Source: an uncultured Candidatus Rokubacteria bacterium
Lineage (GTDB): Bacteria; Methylomirabilota; Methylomirabilia; Rokubacteriales; CSP1-6
DNA length: 64,000 nt
Direction: 5' to 3'
NCBI GenBank assembly: GCA_963789955.1
Contig: CAWBMV010000001.1
Location: 64,001-128,000 of the forward strand
The notes under the pieces are model-generated. The model did no database searches. It saw only the letters and a list, made by a program, of their open reading frames with translations, and was not told the origin of the DNA. Below are positions 9,371 to 21,297 of the stretch, piece after piece; the stretch's first letter is position 1, and each line of letters starts with the position of its first letter. The translations under genes and the position numbers were made by a program.

Positions 9371-9706
9371 GTGCTTTTGTTCATTCGACTCAGATCGCTG
9401 CTGTTCGCGTTTTGTCCGGATCATCCGGTGGCGCAATGCGAGACTTGCCGCCGAACTTACACGCCCGAGCAACTCGGGACCGAGATCGCTGATGGTAGCT
9501 ACCGCTGCCGCGACTGTGGAAGCGATCTGAGAGAGTCAATCGTCGCCCACGCGCGGACGTGCGCGAATCTCATCCGGCAGAAGCCTCTGGCGCGGATGAC
9601 GTCAGCGGCCAGCTCCGCGATCCCTCCAGAGGTTTCGGAGCGTTTCGAGACCCGGCGTAGAGCCCGGCTGGCGTTGGAGACTCACGCGGCCCGCCAGGCC
9701 CGCTGA
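9371..9706 (+). CDS. Small putative zinc-finger protein
   Basis: CETC and CRDC pairs plus HARTC; start uncertain. Confidence 0.55.
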   Translation: MLLFIRLRSLLFAFCPDHPVAQCETCRRTYTPEQLGTEIADGSYRCRDCGSDLRESIVAHARTCANLIRQKPLARMTSAASSAIPPEVSERFETRRRARLALETHAARQAR

Positions 9707-9723
9707 GCCGCAACAGGTCGACA

Positions 9724-9978
9724 GTGACATCTGAGCCGATCTATCCGCCCCTCTCGATGAAAGAGATCCAGACCTTACCCGAAGGCACACGCGTCATCGT
9801 CGTATGGGCGGAAGGAAACGACGGCCCCCACGAATACCGCGTGCACTGGCGCCGCGGCGAGCCGTACGCGCAGACCGATGAGGACCATCGCCGGGGCCGT
9901 GTGGATCTCGAGAAGTGGCTGACGTATTACATCGGGACCCGGCGCCCGTTCACGCGAGTCTGGGCTCTCACCGCTTAA
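9724..9978 (+). CDS. Hypothetical protein
   Basis: 84-aa ORF with plausible globular composition. Confidence 0.45.
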   Translation: MTSEPIYPPLSMKEIQTLPEGTRVIVVWAEGNDGPHEYRVHWRRGEPYAQTDEDHRRGRVDLEKWLTYYIGTRRPFTRVWALTA

Positions 9979-10048
9979 CGCCGATCCGAGGTGCGCTCAG
10001 CCTCGGACTTGAAATCGACACTCGAAGGATCTGGATGGCCCACGTGCA

Positions 10049-10216
10049 TCAGCGGGTTCCCCGCCCGGCGAGCATGATGACCCCAGACGCGGTCAAGGCG
10101 AAGCCCGCCACCAGGCTCGGCCACGGGTTAACACTGGGCGCGCGAGCCGTGAGGACGAACGAGGCGATGGCGAACAGAATGCCCGCGGCGACGCAGATCC
10201 AGGCGAAGACACGCAT
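10049..10216 (-). CDS. Small two-TM membrane protein (55 aa)
   Basis: Manual translation MRVFAWICVAAGILFAIASFVLTARAPSVNPWPSLVAGFALTASGVIMLAGRGTR. Confidence 0.55.
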   Translation of the reverse strand: MRVFAWICVAAGILFAIASFVLTARAPSVNPWPSLVAGFALTASGVIMLAGRGTR

Positions 10217-10227
10217 CCGGGTGCCTT

Positions 10228-10446
10228 CTAGGGCTTTGCCTCAGTGCTCGCCGGGTTGCTCACGATTCGATACGTCCAGATGTCGCCGACGCGGCGGGTG
10301 CCGGTCGTAAAGGCGACGAAACAGTGCCGGTGAAAGACATGCTGCGCGCCGTCTCGCTCAAACGTGACCTCCACCATGCTTGTGCCCGGCAAGTGGGGGA
10401 TGCTCTTCGAGCACAGGAAGCACGTTCGTTCTTTCGATTCGCTCAT
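10228..10446 (-). CDS. Small putative zinc-binding protein
   Basis: CFLC...FHRHCF (CxxC/HxxC). Confidence 0.55.
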   Translation of the reverse strand: MSESKERTCFLCSKSIPHLPGTSMVEVTFERDGAQHVFHRHCFVAFTTGTRRVGDIWTYRIVSNPASTEAKP

Positions 10447-10616
10447 CGCAATCGAGCGTCCGACGTCGCCGCGCGTGCCTGCGGGCACATCCAGGGCTCG
10501 TATAACACAGCTGTTCCTCTGTTGGAAACAGCAATATCGGCAATACCTCTAGAAGGCACCTGATCGACAGAGATGTTCCGATGCCCGATACGGAGCTTCC
10601 TGCGCCCCGAGAGGCT

Positions 10617-11183
10617 CTAGCGGGGTAATGCCGCGGCGGCCGGAAAGCGCGCCAAGAGATCCGCGAGCTCCGCACTCGCGGGAAGGTGTCCCGGAGTGAG
10701 TGGAGCCCCTCGCGTCTGCGCGTCCTGAGACCTCCGGAGCGCGTCCACCACCATCTGGAGGGCCGCGTTCTCGCTGAGTCCTTGCGCTCGCACGAGGATC
10801 TCGACGGCTTTGGCGTTGGCGTCCAGCTCGCGCTGCTGCTGGGCGCGCTCCCATTCGGCCTGTGAAACGGCTTGCGGAATGATGCTGTCGTGGCCGAGCA
10901 CGTAATGTCCGAGCTCGTGCGCGACCAGTTTTGTCAGACCCGGCGAGTCGAGCATCCGGACGTTCAGGAAGATATTGCCCTGCCGGTAGACCCCGCCGAT
11001 GTTGAGATTGGTCGCGCGCTGAACCGAGATCCTGACAGACGGGAGACCATAGATGGCCGTGGTGCGGTCGGCGAGGAGCTGGATCTCGTCAAGCCTCTGT
11101 TGTTGCTGCGTCGTGAGGCTCACGCATCCACCCACGATGAGTCCGAGCAACAGCAGCCCGCTGGCTTTGACGATCCTGTTCAC
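10617..11183 (-). CDS. Lipoprotein, M48-like zinc metalloprotease (paralogue of the 5441-6592 N-domain)
   Basis: Lipobox VGGC, IGGVYRQGN, AHELGHYVLGH, RELDANAKAVEI. Confidence 0.75.
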   Translation of the reverse strand: MNRIVKASGLLLLGLIVGGCVSLTTQQQQRLDEIQLLADRTTAIYGLPSVRISVQRATNLNIGGVYRQGNIFLNVRMLDSPGLTKLVAHELGHYVLGHDSIIPQAVSQAEWERAQQQRELDANAKAVEILVRAQGLSENAALQMVVDALRRSQDAQTRGAPLTPGHLPASAELADLLARFPAAAALPR

Positions 11184-11590
11184 GGAGTCGGCTGTACGGC
11201 CGCGGACTGACAGAAGCCTCGCGGAGAGACCGGAAGGTTGCGGCTCTGTCTCCGCTCCAGCGCCTCACACTCCTCTCGCGTCGAGCCGCCGATGTAGGAA
11301 CCGGTGGGAAGGTAGAGCGCCGGAATCAGCCAGTAGCCTGCTCCTCGACTGATCGTCAGCTGCACGCACGCCGGAGGAGCCGTGAAGTCCGCGCTCGTGT
11401 CTTCGTGCCGGGACTTCTCGCAGATGTAGCGGTCGGGTGTGTAAAACACTCGGCGCGCGCCGGTCCCACTGCGTGGCTCTCCGACATAGCCCCAGCCCGT
11501 CCCCGGCGTCGGCGGTGGGGTGCGTGGGGTGACGCAGCCTGCGAGCGCCGCTACCACCAGCATCGGCAACGCAAAGGGTCTGCGCCTCAC
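11180..11590 (-). CDS. Hypothetical Cys-containing lipoprotein
   Basis: Lipobox LAGC; GTGA coupling to the protease gene. Confidence 0.65.
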   Translation of the reverse strand: MRRRPFALPMLVVAALAGCVTPRTPPPTPGTGWGYVGEPRSGTGARRVFYTPDRYICEKSRHEDTSADFTAPPACVQLTISRGAGYWLIPALYLPTGSYIGGSTREECEALERRQSRNLPVSPRGFCQSAAVQPTP

Positions 11591-11600
11591 GCCGATCTCC

Positions 11601-12593
11601 TCACTCGATCACCTGGTCGGCCAGCACCAGGATCGACTTCGGAATCGTCACGCCCAGAGTCCGGGCCGTCTTGAGATTGCAGATCAGCTCGAACGTCGTC
11701 GGCTGACCGATCGGCAGGTCTCCCGGCTTCGCGCCCTTCAGGATGCGGTCGACGTGGGTCGCAGCCTGCCGGTAGAGATCCTGCGGTTTGGGGCCGTAGC
11801 CGATGAGCGCGCCGAGCGTGGCCCACCGGCCGGCGTCGGCGATCGTCGGGAGCCGGTTCTTCAGGGCGAGGTCGAGGAGCTGTGGCGCCAGCTCTGAGAT
11901 GGCCGGATCGTCCCAGATCAGGACCGCGCCGTCGCGCTCCTTTCGCATCTCGGCGAACACGGCCGGGAGCTCCTCGGCATCGTCGAAGTGAACGTAGCGG
12001 AGCTTGAGACCGAGGCTCTGCGCGGCGTCTTCGGTGGCTCGCTGATAGACCGCGAGAATGCCCGCGTGCCACAGGAATCGCCGGAGCACCGCGACGCGCG
12101 ACAGCGTCGGATTGAGCTCGCGGAGCATCTGCAGTCGCTTGCCCATGATCTCCGGCGCGTAGCTCTGCATCCCCGTGATGTTGCCGCCGGGATGGTTCAG
12201 GCTCGGCACGATGCCGGAGCCGACCAGATCTCCGGCCGCCAGGGTCACGATCGGAATGGTTCGGGTCACCTGCTGGATCGCCGCGGCCCGGGCGCCACCC
12301 GACACCACGATGACGTCGACCTTCATGCGGACGAATTCCTCGGCCGTCTGCTGAAGGCTGGTCCGGCTCGTCGCCCGACGGTGCTCGAACACGAAGTTCT
12401 TCCCCTCGATCCAGCCGAGGTTGCGCAGCGCTTGAACGAACGCGGGCCAGTGCTCAGCTCGACGCTCGGGCTGGTCGAAGTCCACCGACGCGACGTGTCC
12501 GATGTGATAGACCTTGGCGGCCTGTTGCGCCTGCGCCGTGAGCGCGGCCAACAGGAGGCTCGGCGCGAGAATCGCCAGGGCGACTAGCCGCAT
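11601..12593 (-). CDS. ABC transporter substrate-binding protein (PF04392-type), stand-alone
   Basis: LRNLGWIEGKN, TRTIPIV, PGGNITG, RILKGAKPGDLPIGQPTTFEL..NLKTA. Confidence 0.92.
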   Translation of the reverse strand: MRLVALAILAPSLLLAALTAQAQQAAKVYHIGHVASVDFDQPERRAEHWPAFVQALRNLGWIEGKNFVFEHRRATSRTSLQQTAEEFVRMKVDVIVVSGGARAAAIQQVTRTIPIVTLAAGDLVGSGIVPSLNHPGGNITGMQSYAPEIMGKRLQMLRELNPTLSRVAVLRRFLWHAGILAVYQRATEDAAQSLGLKLRYVHFDDAEELPAVFAEMRKERDGAVLIWDDPAISELAPQLLDLALKNRLPTIADAGRWATLGALIGYGPKPQDLYRQAATHVDRILKGAKPGDLPIGQPTTFELICNLKTARTLGVTIPKSILVLADQVIE

Positions 12594-12746
12594 GCGTCAC
12601 TCATGTCGGGGTTGCTGGCGGCGAGTCTAGCAGAGAGACCGCGTCCGGTGATGAGACGGCGGGCGCGCCGGATGCTCGAGTCGCGACGGGCGTGGTACCA
12701 TGCGAGGGCTCGTGATGCGAACGCTCGAAATCACTCTGGAGTGTCG

Positions 12747-14015
12747 ATGAAAGTCGCGGTCGAAGCGATCGAGGGTTGCAAGCGTCGTCTGGCCGTCGAG
12801 GCGCCGGTCGACGTCGTGCAGCAGGAATGGGAGCGCGCCTACGGTCGCGTGCAGAAGCAGGCGCGCCTGCCCGGATTCCGGAAGGGCCACGTGCCGCGCT
12901 CGCTCGTCAAGGTGCACTTCTCCGACGACGTGCGCCGCGAGGTCGCCGAGCACCTGATTCCCGACGTCTACCGCCAGGCGCTGACCGAAGCGAAGCTGGA
13001 TCCGGTCAACGAGCCCGACCTCCAGGAAGTGCGGCTGGAAGAGGGCGCGCCGCTGAGCTTCGTCGCGGTCGTCGAGGTGAAGCCGGCGATCGACCTGACC
13101 GACTACAAAGGCGTCGAGGTGGAGCACGCGCCGGTGGCGGTCACCGCCGACGACCTCTCCACGACGCTCGATCACATGCGCGAGCAGCAGGCGCAGTTCC
13201 ATGCGGTCGAGCGCCCGGCCGCCACCGGCGATCTCGTCGTGGTCGATTACTCGATCGCCATCGAGGGTCACGACCCGTCGAGCCAGAGCGGCTACGAGTT
13301 CCTGGTCGGCGCCCGCAACGTGCTGCCCGAGATCGACGACGCCGTGATCGGGCTCAAGGCGGGTGAGGAGCGCCAGGTCACGCTCCGCTTCGCCGACGAC
13401 CACCGCCGCGAAGACCTGCGCGGGCGCGGCGGCAACGCGACCGTCAAGGTCGTCGAGGTCAAGGAGAAGGCGCTGCCGGCGCTCGACGACGACTTCGCCA
13501 AGTCGCTCGGCGAGTTCGAGACGCTCGAGGCGCTGCGCACCGAGCTGCAGAAGCAGCTCGAGACGCGGCGTGAGCACGACGAGCAGCGCGCGCTGCAGGA
13601 AAAGGTCGTCGACGCGGTCATCGCCCGGCACGAGTTCACGGTGCCGGACGCGCTGGTCATGCGCCAGGTGGCCCATCGCATCGAGCACGCGCGTGAGTCG
13701 GTCCGTCGCCAGGGCATCGACCCGGAACGGATGCCCTGGGACTACGAGAAGCTGATCGCCGAGCTCCGCCCCGGCGCCGAGAAGGCGGTGCGCCGGGCGC
13801 TCCTGCTCGAGGCGATCGCCGACAAGGAGGCGATCGCGCCCACCGACGCCGACGTCGACGCCGAGGTCGAAAAGCTCGCGCAGGCCAGTCAGCGGCCCAC
13901 ACCGGCCCTCCGTCGTATGATGGAGAAAAGCGGCGACCTGGAGGGACTGCGGCAGGGCATCCGCGACCGCATGACTCTCGAGCTGCTGGTCGCCAACGCG
14001 AAAGTTCGAGCCTAA
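12747..14015 (+). CDS. tig: Trigger factor
   Basis: [10 protein letters not shown] ribosome-binding motif, FKBP domain; precedes clpP-clpX. Confidence 0.97.
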   Translation: MKVAVEAIEGCKRRLAVEAPVDVVQQEWERAYGRVQKQARLPGFRKGHVPRSLVKVHFSDDVRREVAEHLIPDVYRQALTEAKLDPVNEPDLQEVRLEEGAPLSFVAVVEVKPAIDLTDYKGVEVEHAPVAVTADDLSTTLDHMREQQAQFHAVERPAATGDLVVVDYSIAIEGHDPSSQSGYEFLVGARNVLPEIDDAVIGLKAGEERQVTLRFADDHRREDLRGRGGNATVKVVEVKEKALPALDDDFAKSLGEFETLEALRTELQKQLETRREHDEQRALQEKVVDAVIARHEFTVPDALVMRQVAHRIEHARESVRRQGIDPERMPWDYEKLIAELRPGAEKAVRRALLLEAIADKEAIAPTDADVDAEVEKLAQASQRPTPALRRMMEKSGDLEGLRQGIRDRMTLELLVANAKVRA

Positions 14016-14083
14016 CGCGAGCTGTGGGACGCGGAGCTCAGGCTCCGCCGTCTGGAGGTGCGTCGATGACGAGGAGATCGCCG

Positions 14084-14714
14084 ATGGGTCTGGTTCCGAT
14101 GGTCGTCGAGCAGACGCCGCGTGGCGAGCGCGCGTTCGACATCTTTTCGCGCCTGTTGAAGGAGCGGATCATCTTCTCTGCCGACCTTCATCGAGGACGA
14201 GCTGGCGAATCTCGTGATCGCCCAGATGCTCTACCTCGAGGCCGACGATCCCGACAAGGACATCAACCTCTACATCAACTCACCCGGCGGCTCCGTGACC
14301 GCCGGGATGGCCATCTACGACACGATGCAGTATGTGAAGCCGGCGATCTCGACCATCTGCATGGGCCAGGCGGCGTCGATGGGCGCGCTGCTCTTGTGCG
14401 CGGGCGCCAGGGGCAAGCGGTTCGCGCTGCCGCACGCGCGGATCATGATCCACCAGCCGCTCGGCGGCGTGCAGGGGCAGGCGACCGACATCGACATCCA
14501 GGCCAAGGAGATCCTCCGGATGCGCGAGGAATTGAACCGCATCCTCGTGCACCACACCGGCCAGGGCATGGAGAAGATCCAGCGCGACACCGATCGCGAC
14601 TTTTTCATGACCGCCGAGCAGGCCAAGGAATATAGAATCGTCGACGAAGTGATCTCCTCGAAGCCGACGACCCGACCGGTGAGCGAAGCCTCGGCGCTCA
14701 CGCTCCAGAAGTAG
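14084..14714 (+). CDS. clpP: ATP-dependent Clp protease proteolytic subunit; frameshift ~14178
   Basis: [47 protein letters not shown]. Confidence 0.97.
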
Positions 14715-14721
14715 CGAGCGC

Positions 14722-15965
<1,244 letters not shown>

Positions 15966-15969
<4 letters not shown>

Positions 15970-16640
15970 GCGGCATTCTCTTTGTAGTCGCAACGCCGAT
16001 CGGCAACCTCGAAGACATCACTCTCCGCGCGCTCCGAGTCCTGCGCGAGGTCGACCTGATCGCCTGCGAGGATACGCGCCGAACGCGGGCGCTCCTGACG
16101 CATTTCGACATTCACAAGCCGACCATCAGCTACTACGAGCACAACAAGCTCGCGCGGGGTCCGCAGCTCCTGCGCGATCTGGCCGCCGGCCGCTCGATCG
16201 CCCTGGTGACCGACGCGGGCACCCCGGGGATCTCCGACCCGGGCATCCTTCTGGTCCGCGAGGCGCGCGCCCAGGGGATCACGGTCGTGCCGATCCCGGG
16301 CCCGGCCGCGGTCATCACGGCGCTCTCGGCCTCAGGCCTCGCCGCCGACGGGTTCGTGTTCGACGGCTTCTTGCCGATCAAGCCCGGCAAGCGGCTCCAC
16401 CGCCTCCAGGCGCTGCGAGAGATCGGGTCGACCATCGTGGTCTACGAGTCGCCCCACCGCATCGTGGCCACCCTGAGCGCGATCGGCGAGGTCTTCGGCG
16501 ACGTGGAGGTCGTGGTTGCGCGCGAGCTCACCAAGCAGTACGAGGAGATCGTGACGGCGACCCCGACCATGCACCTGGCCCGGCTGGCCGCGGCCACGCC
16601 CCGAGGCGAGTTCACGGTGGTCATCCCGGCCGGCGGCTGA
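15966..16640 (+). CDS. rsmI: 16S rRNA C1402 2'-O-methyltransferase
   Basis: [43 protein letters not shown]; apparent CTG start overlapping the clpX stop. Confidence 0.93.
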
Positions 16641-16682
16641 CCGGCGGGCGGCGACGCGGGGGCGTGTATACTTCGGACGTCT

Positions 16683-17471
16683 ATGGGCGTACCCAAAGCG
16701 CTGACGATCGCCGGCTCGGATTCCGGCGGCGGCGCGGGCATTCAGGCGGATCTCAAGACCTTCTCGGCATTCCGCGTGTTCGGGATGAGCGCGATCACGG
16801 CCGTGACCGCTCAGAACTCACTCGGTGTCCAGGGTGTCTTCAATCTGCCTCCCGAGTTCGTGAGCCTGCAGATCGACTCCGTCCTCTCCGACTTCGGCGC
16901 CGACGCGATCAAGATCGGGATGCTCTCGACGGCGCCGATCATCGCCGCGGTCGCCGAGCGGCTGCGCGCGCACGCCCGTGAGAAGGTCGTGCTCGACCCG
17001 GTGATGATCGCCAAGTCGGGCGACGCGCTCCTGCAGCCCGAGGCGCGGACGGCGCTCATCAAGGAGCTCCTGCCGCTGGCGCTGGTGGTCACCCCGAACC
17101 TGCACGAGGCCGAGGTGCTCGCCGGCATGACGGTCTCGACCGAGAGCGAGATGGAAGAGGCCGCGCGACGCATCCTGGCGCTCGGCCCCCGCAACGTGCT
17201 GGTGAAGGGCGGACACCTGAGAGATTCGGCGACCGACATCCTGTGGAACGGGAAAGACTTCGCCCGCTTCGCGGCGCCGCGCCTGCCCTCGAACAGCACC
17301 CACGGCACGGGCTGCACGTTTTCGTCGGCGATCGCCGCCTGCCTGGCGCGAGGCCACGCCCTGAAGGACGCGGTCAGCGAGTCGAAGGCGTACGTGACCG
17401 CGGCGATCCGCGAGGGCTTTCAGGCCGGCGGCGGAGTCGGCGCGCTCCGGCACTTCGTGACGAATTGGTAG
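16683..17471 (+). CDS. thiD: Hydroxymethylpyrimidine/phosphomethylpyrimidine kinase
   Basis: LTIAGSDSGGGAGIQADLKT, THGTGCT. Confidence 0.96.
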   Translation: MGVPKALTIAGSDSGGGAGIQADLKTFSAFRVFGMSAITAVTAQNSLGVQGVFNLPPEFVSLQIDSVLSDFGADAIKIGMLSTAPIIAAVAERLRAHAREKVVLDPVMIAKSGDALLQPEARTALIKELLPLALVVTPNLHEAEVLAGMTVSTESEMEEAARRILALGPRNVLVKGGHLRDSATDILWNGKDFARFAAPRLPSNSTHGTGCTFSSAIAACLARGHALKDAVSESKAYVTAAIREGFQAGGGVGALRHFVTNW

Positions 17472-17473
17472 CC

Positions 17474-18235
17474 ATGCTGCGGTCCGTCGAAGACGCGAAG
17501 ATGTCCTTCATGGAGCACCTGGGCGAGCTCCGCATCCGCATCGTCCGCGCCCTCATCGCGCTTCTGGTCGGCACCGTGATCGTGCTGCCGTTCAGCCAGT
17601 ACATCGTGGATTGGCTGTCGCGGCCCGTGACCAGGCTCAACTACAGCTGGTCTTCACGGCGCCGGCCGAGGCGTTCTGGGTGCAGATGAAGGTCGGGCTG
17701 ATCGTCGGCATCTTCCTCGCGGCGCCGGCGATCCTCTGGCAGGTCTGGGCCTTCGTCGCGCCGGGGCTTCACAGCCACGAGAAGAAGTACGCGCTGCCGT
17801 TCGTGGTCATCGGCTCGTTGCTGTTCATGGGCGGCGGCGCCTTCTCGCTGTTCGTGGTGACGCCGTACGCGATCCAGTTCCTGCTGAGCTATGCCCGGCC
17901 CGGGACTCCAGCCGATGATCACTCTGCAGAACCATATCGACTTCCTGCTGAAGTTCACGCTCGCCTTCGGCGCCGTCTTCGAGCTGCCGCTGGCCCTGAC
18001 GATCCTGGCGCGCATCGGCATCGTGAACTCGAAGATGCTCGCCCGGAACCGGAAGTACGCGATCCTCGGCGCGTTCGTCGCCGGCGCCGTGCTCACGCCC
18101 ACGCCCGACGCGTTCAACCAGACGCTCATGGCCGGCCCGCTGATCCTCCTCTACGAAGTCGGGATCATCTGCGCGCGCATCTTCGGGCGCAAGCCGGCGC
18201 CCGCGCCGGAACCCGCGCCGGCCGAATCGGCCTAG
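17474..18235 (+). CDS. tatC: Twin-arginine translocase subunit TatC; two frameshifts
   Basis: MSFMEHLGELRIR, QVWAFVAPGL..HEK, FELP, LTPTPD, LYEVGI. Confidence 0.95.
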
Positions 18236-19689
18236 ATGGACTTCGCCTCGCTCGATCTGCCCGAACCCGTCATGCAGGGGATCCGTGAGGCGGGGTTCGT
18301 GACCGCCACGCCGATTCAAGAGGCCGCGCTGCCGCTGGCGCTGCGCGGCAAGGACGTGGCCGGCCAGGCGCAGACCGGAACCGGAAAGACCGCGGCGTTC
18401 CTGATCGCGGCGTTCACCAAGCTGCTGCGCACCCCGGTGCCGCCGGCGCCGCCGGGAGTGGGCGCGCCTCGCATGCTCGTGATCGCGCCGACGCGCGAGC
18501 TGGTCGTGCAGATCGAGTCCGACGCGCGACTCCTCGGCCGGTTCACGCCGTTCCGGACCCTCGCGGTCTACGGCGGTATCGACTACGCCAAGCAGCGCGA
18601 GACGCTCGCGGCGGGCTGCGACATCCTGGTCGGCACGCCGGGGCGGCTGATCGACTACCTCAAGCAGCACGTGTGGAGCACGCGGCGCGTCGAGATCCTC
18701 GTCATCGACGAGGCCGACCGGATGTTCGACATGGGGTTCATCGCCGACCTCCGGTTCATCCTCCGCCGCCTGCCGCCGCCGGAGAAGCGGCAGTCACACC
18801 TCTTCTCCGCCACGTTGTCGTTCCGGGTGCTCGAGCTCACCTGGGAGTTCATGAACAATCCGGCGCAGATCACGATCATGCCGCAGCAGAAGACGGCCGA
18901 GCGCGTCGAGCAGTCGCTGTTCCACGTCGGCCGCGAGGAGAAGTTCCCGCTGCTGCTGGGGCTGCTCCGGCGCGAGGGCGGCGATCGGATCCTGATCTTC
19001 TCGAACACGCGCGAGGAGGCGCGGCGCCTCGAAGACCGGCTGACGCGCAACGCCTGGGAGACGCGCGCCCTCACCGGCGACGTCGACCAGAAGCGCCGGC
19101 TGAAGATCCTCAACGACTTCAAGGAGGGCCGCCTGCCCATCCTGGTCGCCACCGACGTCGCCTCGCGCGGGCTGCACATCGAGGCGGTGACCCACGTCGT
19201 CAACTGGGACCTGCCGCAGGACGCCGAAGACTACGTGCACCGGATCGGCCGCACCGCGCGCGCCGGCGCGGGCGGCAAGGCGATCAGCCTGGTCGATGAG
19301 TCGAGCGCCCTGGCCCTCGAAGCGATCGAGAAGTTCATCGGCCAGAAGATCGCGGTCGAATGGGCTGACGACGACGTCTTCATGCAGGAGATCAAGCCGA
19401 CGCGCGGAAGAACGCCGCCGCTACGCCGACGAGCGCCGTGCACGGCTCGCGGCGCGCGACCGCTTCGGCGACCGCGATCGTGGCCGCCGTGGCGGAGGCG
19501 GCGGTGGCGGCCGCTCGCACGGCCGCCCGCACAGCGAGCCGCCGCCGGCGAGCCGTCCGCCGTCTCCCGCGCCCGCCGCCGCCGCCGCCGTCGGGCGACG
19601 CGGGCACCGGCCAGCGCCGCCGTCGTCGGCGTCGCGGGCGGCGCAGCGGACCGCGTCCGGAGGTCGCCGCCCCCGGCTTAGTGGGCTGA
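18236..19689 (+). CDS. DEAD-box RNA helicase (RhlB-like) with Arg/Gly-rich tail; frameshifts in the tail
   Basis: AQTGTGKT, PTREL, DEAD, SAT, HRIGRTAR. Confidence 0.93.
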
Positions 19690-19708
19690 CGGCGCGTGGG
19701 GGTGGCTC

Positions 19709-20165
19709 GTGCGCGCCGCGATGTCCGCGAGCCCAGCGACTGCGGAGCCGGCTCGCGGCCTCGCCGGGCTCACGACGCTCGGCGTGGACATCGATCTCGA
19801 CGCGAACCAGGATTCGTTGTCCTCCGAGCAGCTCACGCGCCGGATCGACGCGCGGCTGCGCGCGCCGCGCCGGCCGACCCTCGATCCCGCCAGCCCCGCT
19901 CGCCTGCACTCACCGTGTCGCTCCGGCCTACAGCGCCTCCACCCTGCGCGGTTTCTGGCTGCCATTCTCCGGAACCTACGGAATCGGCCCGGTCCGGTTG
20001 AGCGTGGAGCGCACCGCCATGGTGAGCCGGCATGTCCACACCCATTCTCACGAGCGTATGGGACGCGGAGCGGCAGGCCGCCGGTCCGTGGCGAGAATCC
20101 CCGGCCGAAATCTGAGGCTACTCGACGAAGCCCTCTCCGATTTCCTCGACGCCTACAACCGCTGA
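19709..20165 (+). CDS. Hypothetical protein, several frameshifts
   Basis: Fragments in alternating frames ending LLDEALSDFLDAYNR*. Confidence 0.35.
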
Positions 20166-20199
20166 GATTGCTGATCGAGCGCGGGCCAAGGCTGCGAAG

Positions 20200-21283
20200 C
20201 TAGAGCGAGAGAGACGAGCGGGCGCGACCGTACGCCGGGTCGTCGCTGCGGGTGAGGTCGGGGTTGACGCCGCGGTGGACGGCGGCGTGGTAGATGAAGA
20301 GCTGGAGCGGCACGATCGTGAGGATCGGCGAGAGCAGCTCGTCGATCTCGGGCAGCGCGATCGTCTCGGCCGCGAGTGCGCTGATCTCGCGGTCGTCCTC
20401 GCGCGCCAGCGCGACCACCGGTGCTCCGACTTCTCTGGCCACGCGTGCGGCGGCCAAGCACCGCTCGTGTGACGGCCCGGGCGGCGCGATCACGAACACG
20501 ACGTCGTCGAGGCTCGAGCGCGGCCCACGCGCCGTGCAGGAACTGCTCGCAGTTGAAGCCGGCCGCCTGGGCGTGGCTGGCTTCGCTCATCTTCAACGCC
20601 GCCTCCCACGCGGTCGCCGTGTTCGGCCCGCCGCCCACGAACCAGTAGCAGCGCCGATCGCCGTAGCGCGCGGCGAGGTCCTCCCACGACTCTTGCCCGA
20701 GCAGGAAGGCGAGCATGTCGGGGATCCCATCGATGCTGCGCGCGATCTCGGCCTTGCCGCCCGCGACGCACGCCAGCTTGGCGAGGATCGCCAGCGCCGC
20801 GGTGTAGCTGACGGTGTGAGCGCCCGAGCTCTCCTGGTCCACCGTGCGGAGGGTCCAGTCGGCTTCCTCCGGCGCCTCCGGGCCCTTGCCGGTGATGACG
20901 ACCCCGGTGCCGCCGCCCGCCTTCACACGCTTGAGCGCCTCGCGCGAGTAGCGCCTCGTGCCGCCGTGGCTGAGCACGACGACGCCGGCGCGCCCGACGG
21001 CTTCTGGCCAGTAGCTCGCGAGCTCGAAGGCGTGGAAGGCGCGCGCCTTGAGCCCGAGCCCGCCGAGGCGCGCGAAGAGCAGCTCGCCGACGAGCGCCGC
21101 GTGCCACGAGGTGCCGACGCCGGTCAGCAGCACGTGGTCGAGCCCGCGCAGCCGAAGCGCCGCCGCCTCGATCGCATCGGCCTGCCCGCGGGCGACCAGC
21201 CGCAGCGCGCCGGGCTGGGCATAGATCGCGTCGTGCATGTAGTACGGATGGCCGGTGCGCGGCGCCGGCGGGCTGTCGCTCAC
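20200..21283 (-). CDS. Double-SIS-domain sugar-phosphate isomerase/deaminase (GlmS isomerase-like); frameshift ~20510
   Basis: MHDAIYAQP, GVGTSWHA, AWEAALKMSE, EQFLHG, RGVNPD. Confidence 0.88.
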
Positions 21284-21297
21284 GTCGTCGGTCTCCG

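Noticed and set aside
8430..12600. Integron cassette array
   Set aside because: ORFs are in mixed orientation, with no repeated attC-like RYYYAAC/GTTRRRY sites and no intI gene.
12627..13688. Long antisense and alternate-frame ORFs (this one and many similar)
   Set aside because: Arg/Ala/Pro-rich shadow ORFs expected in high-GC coding DNA.
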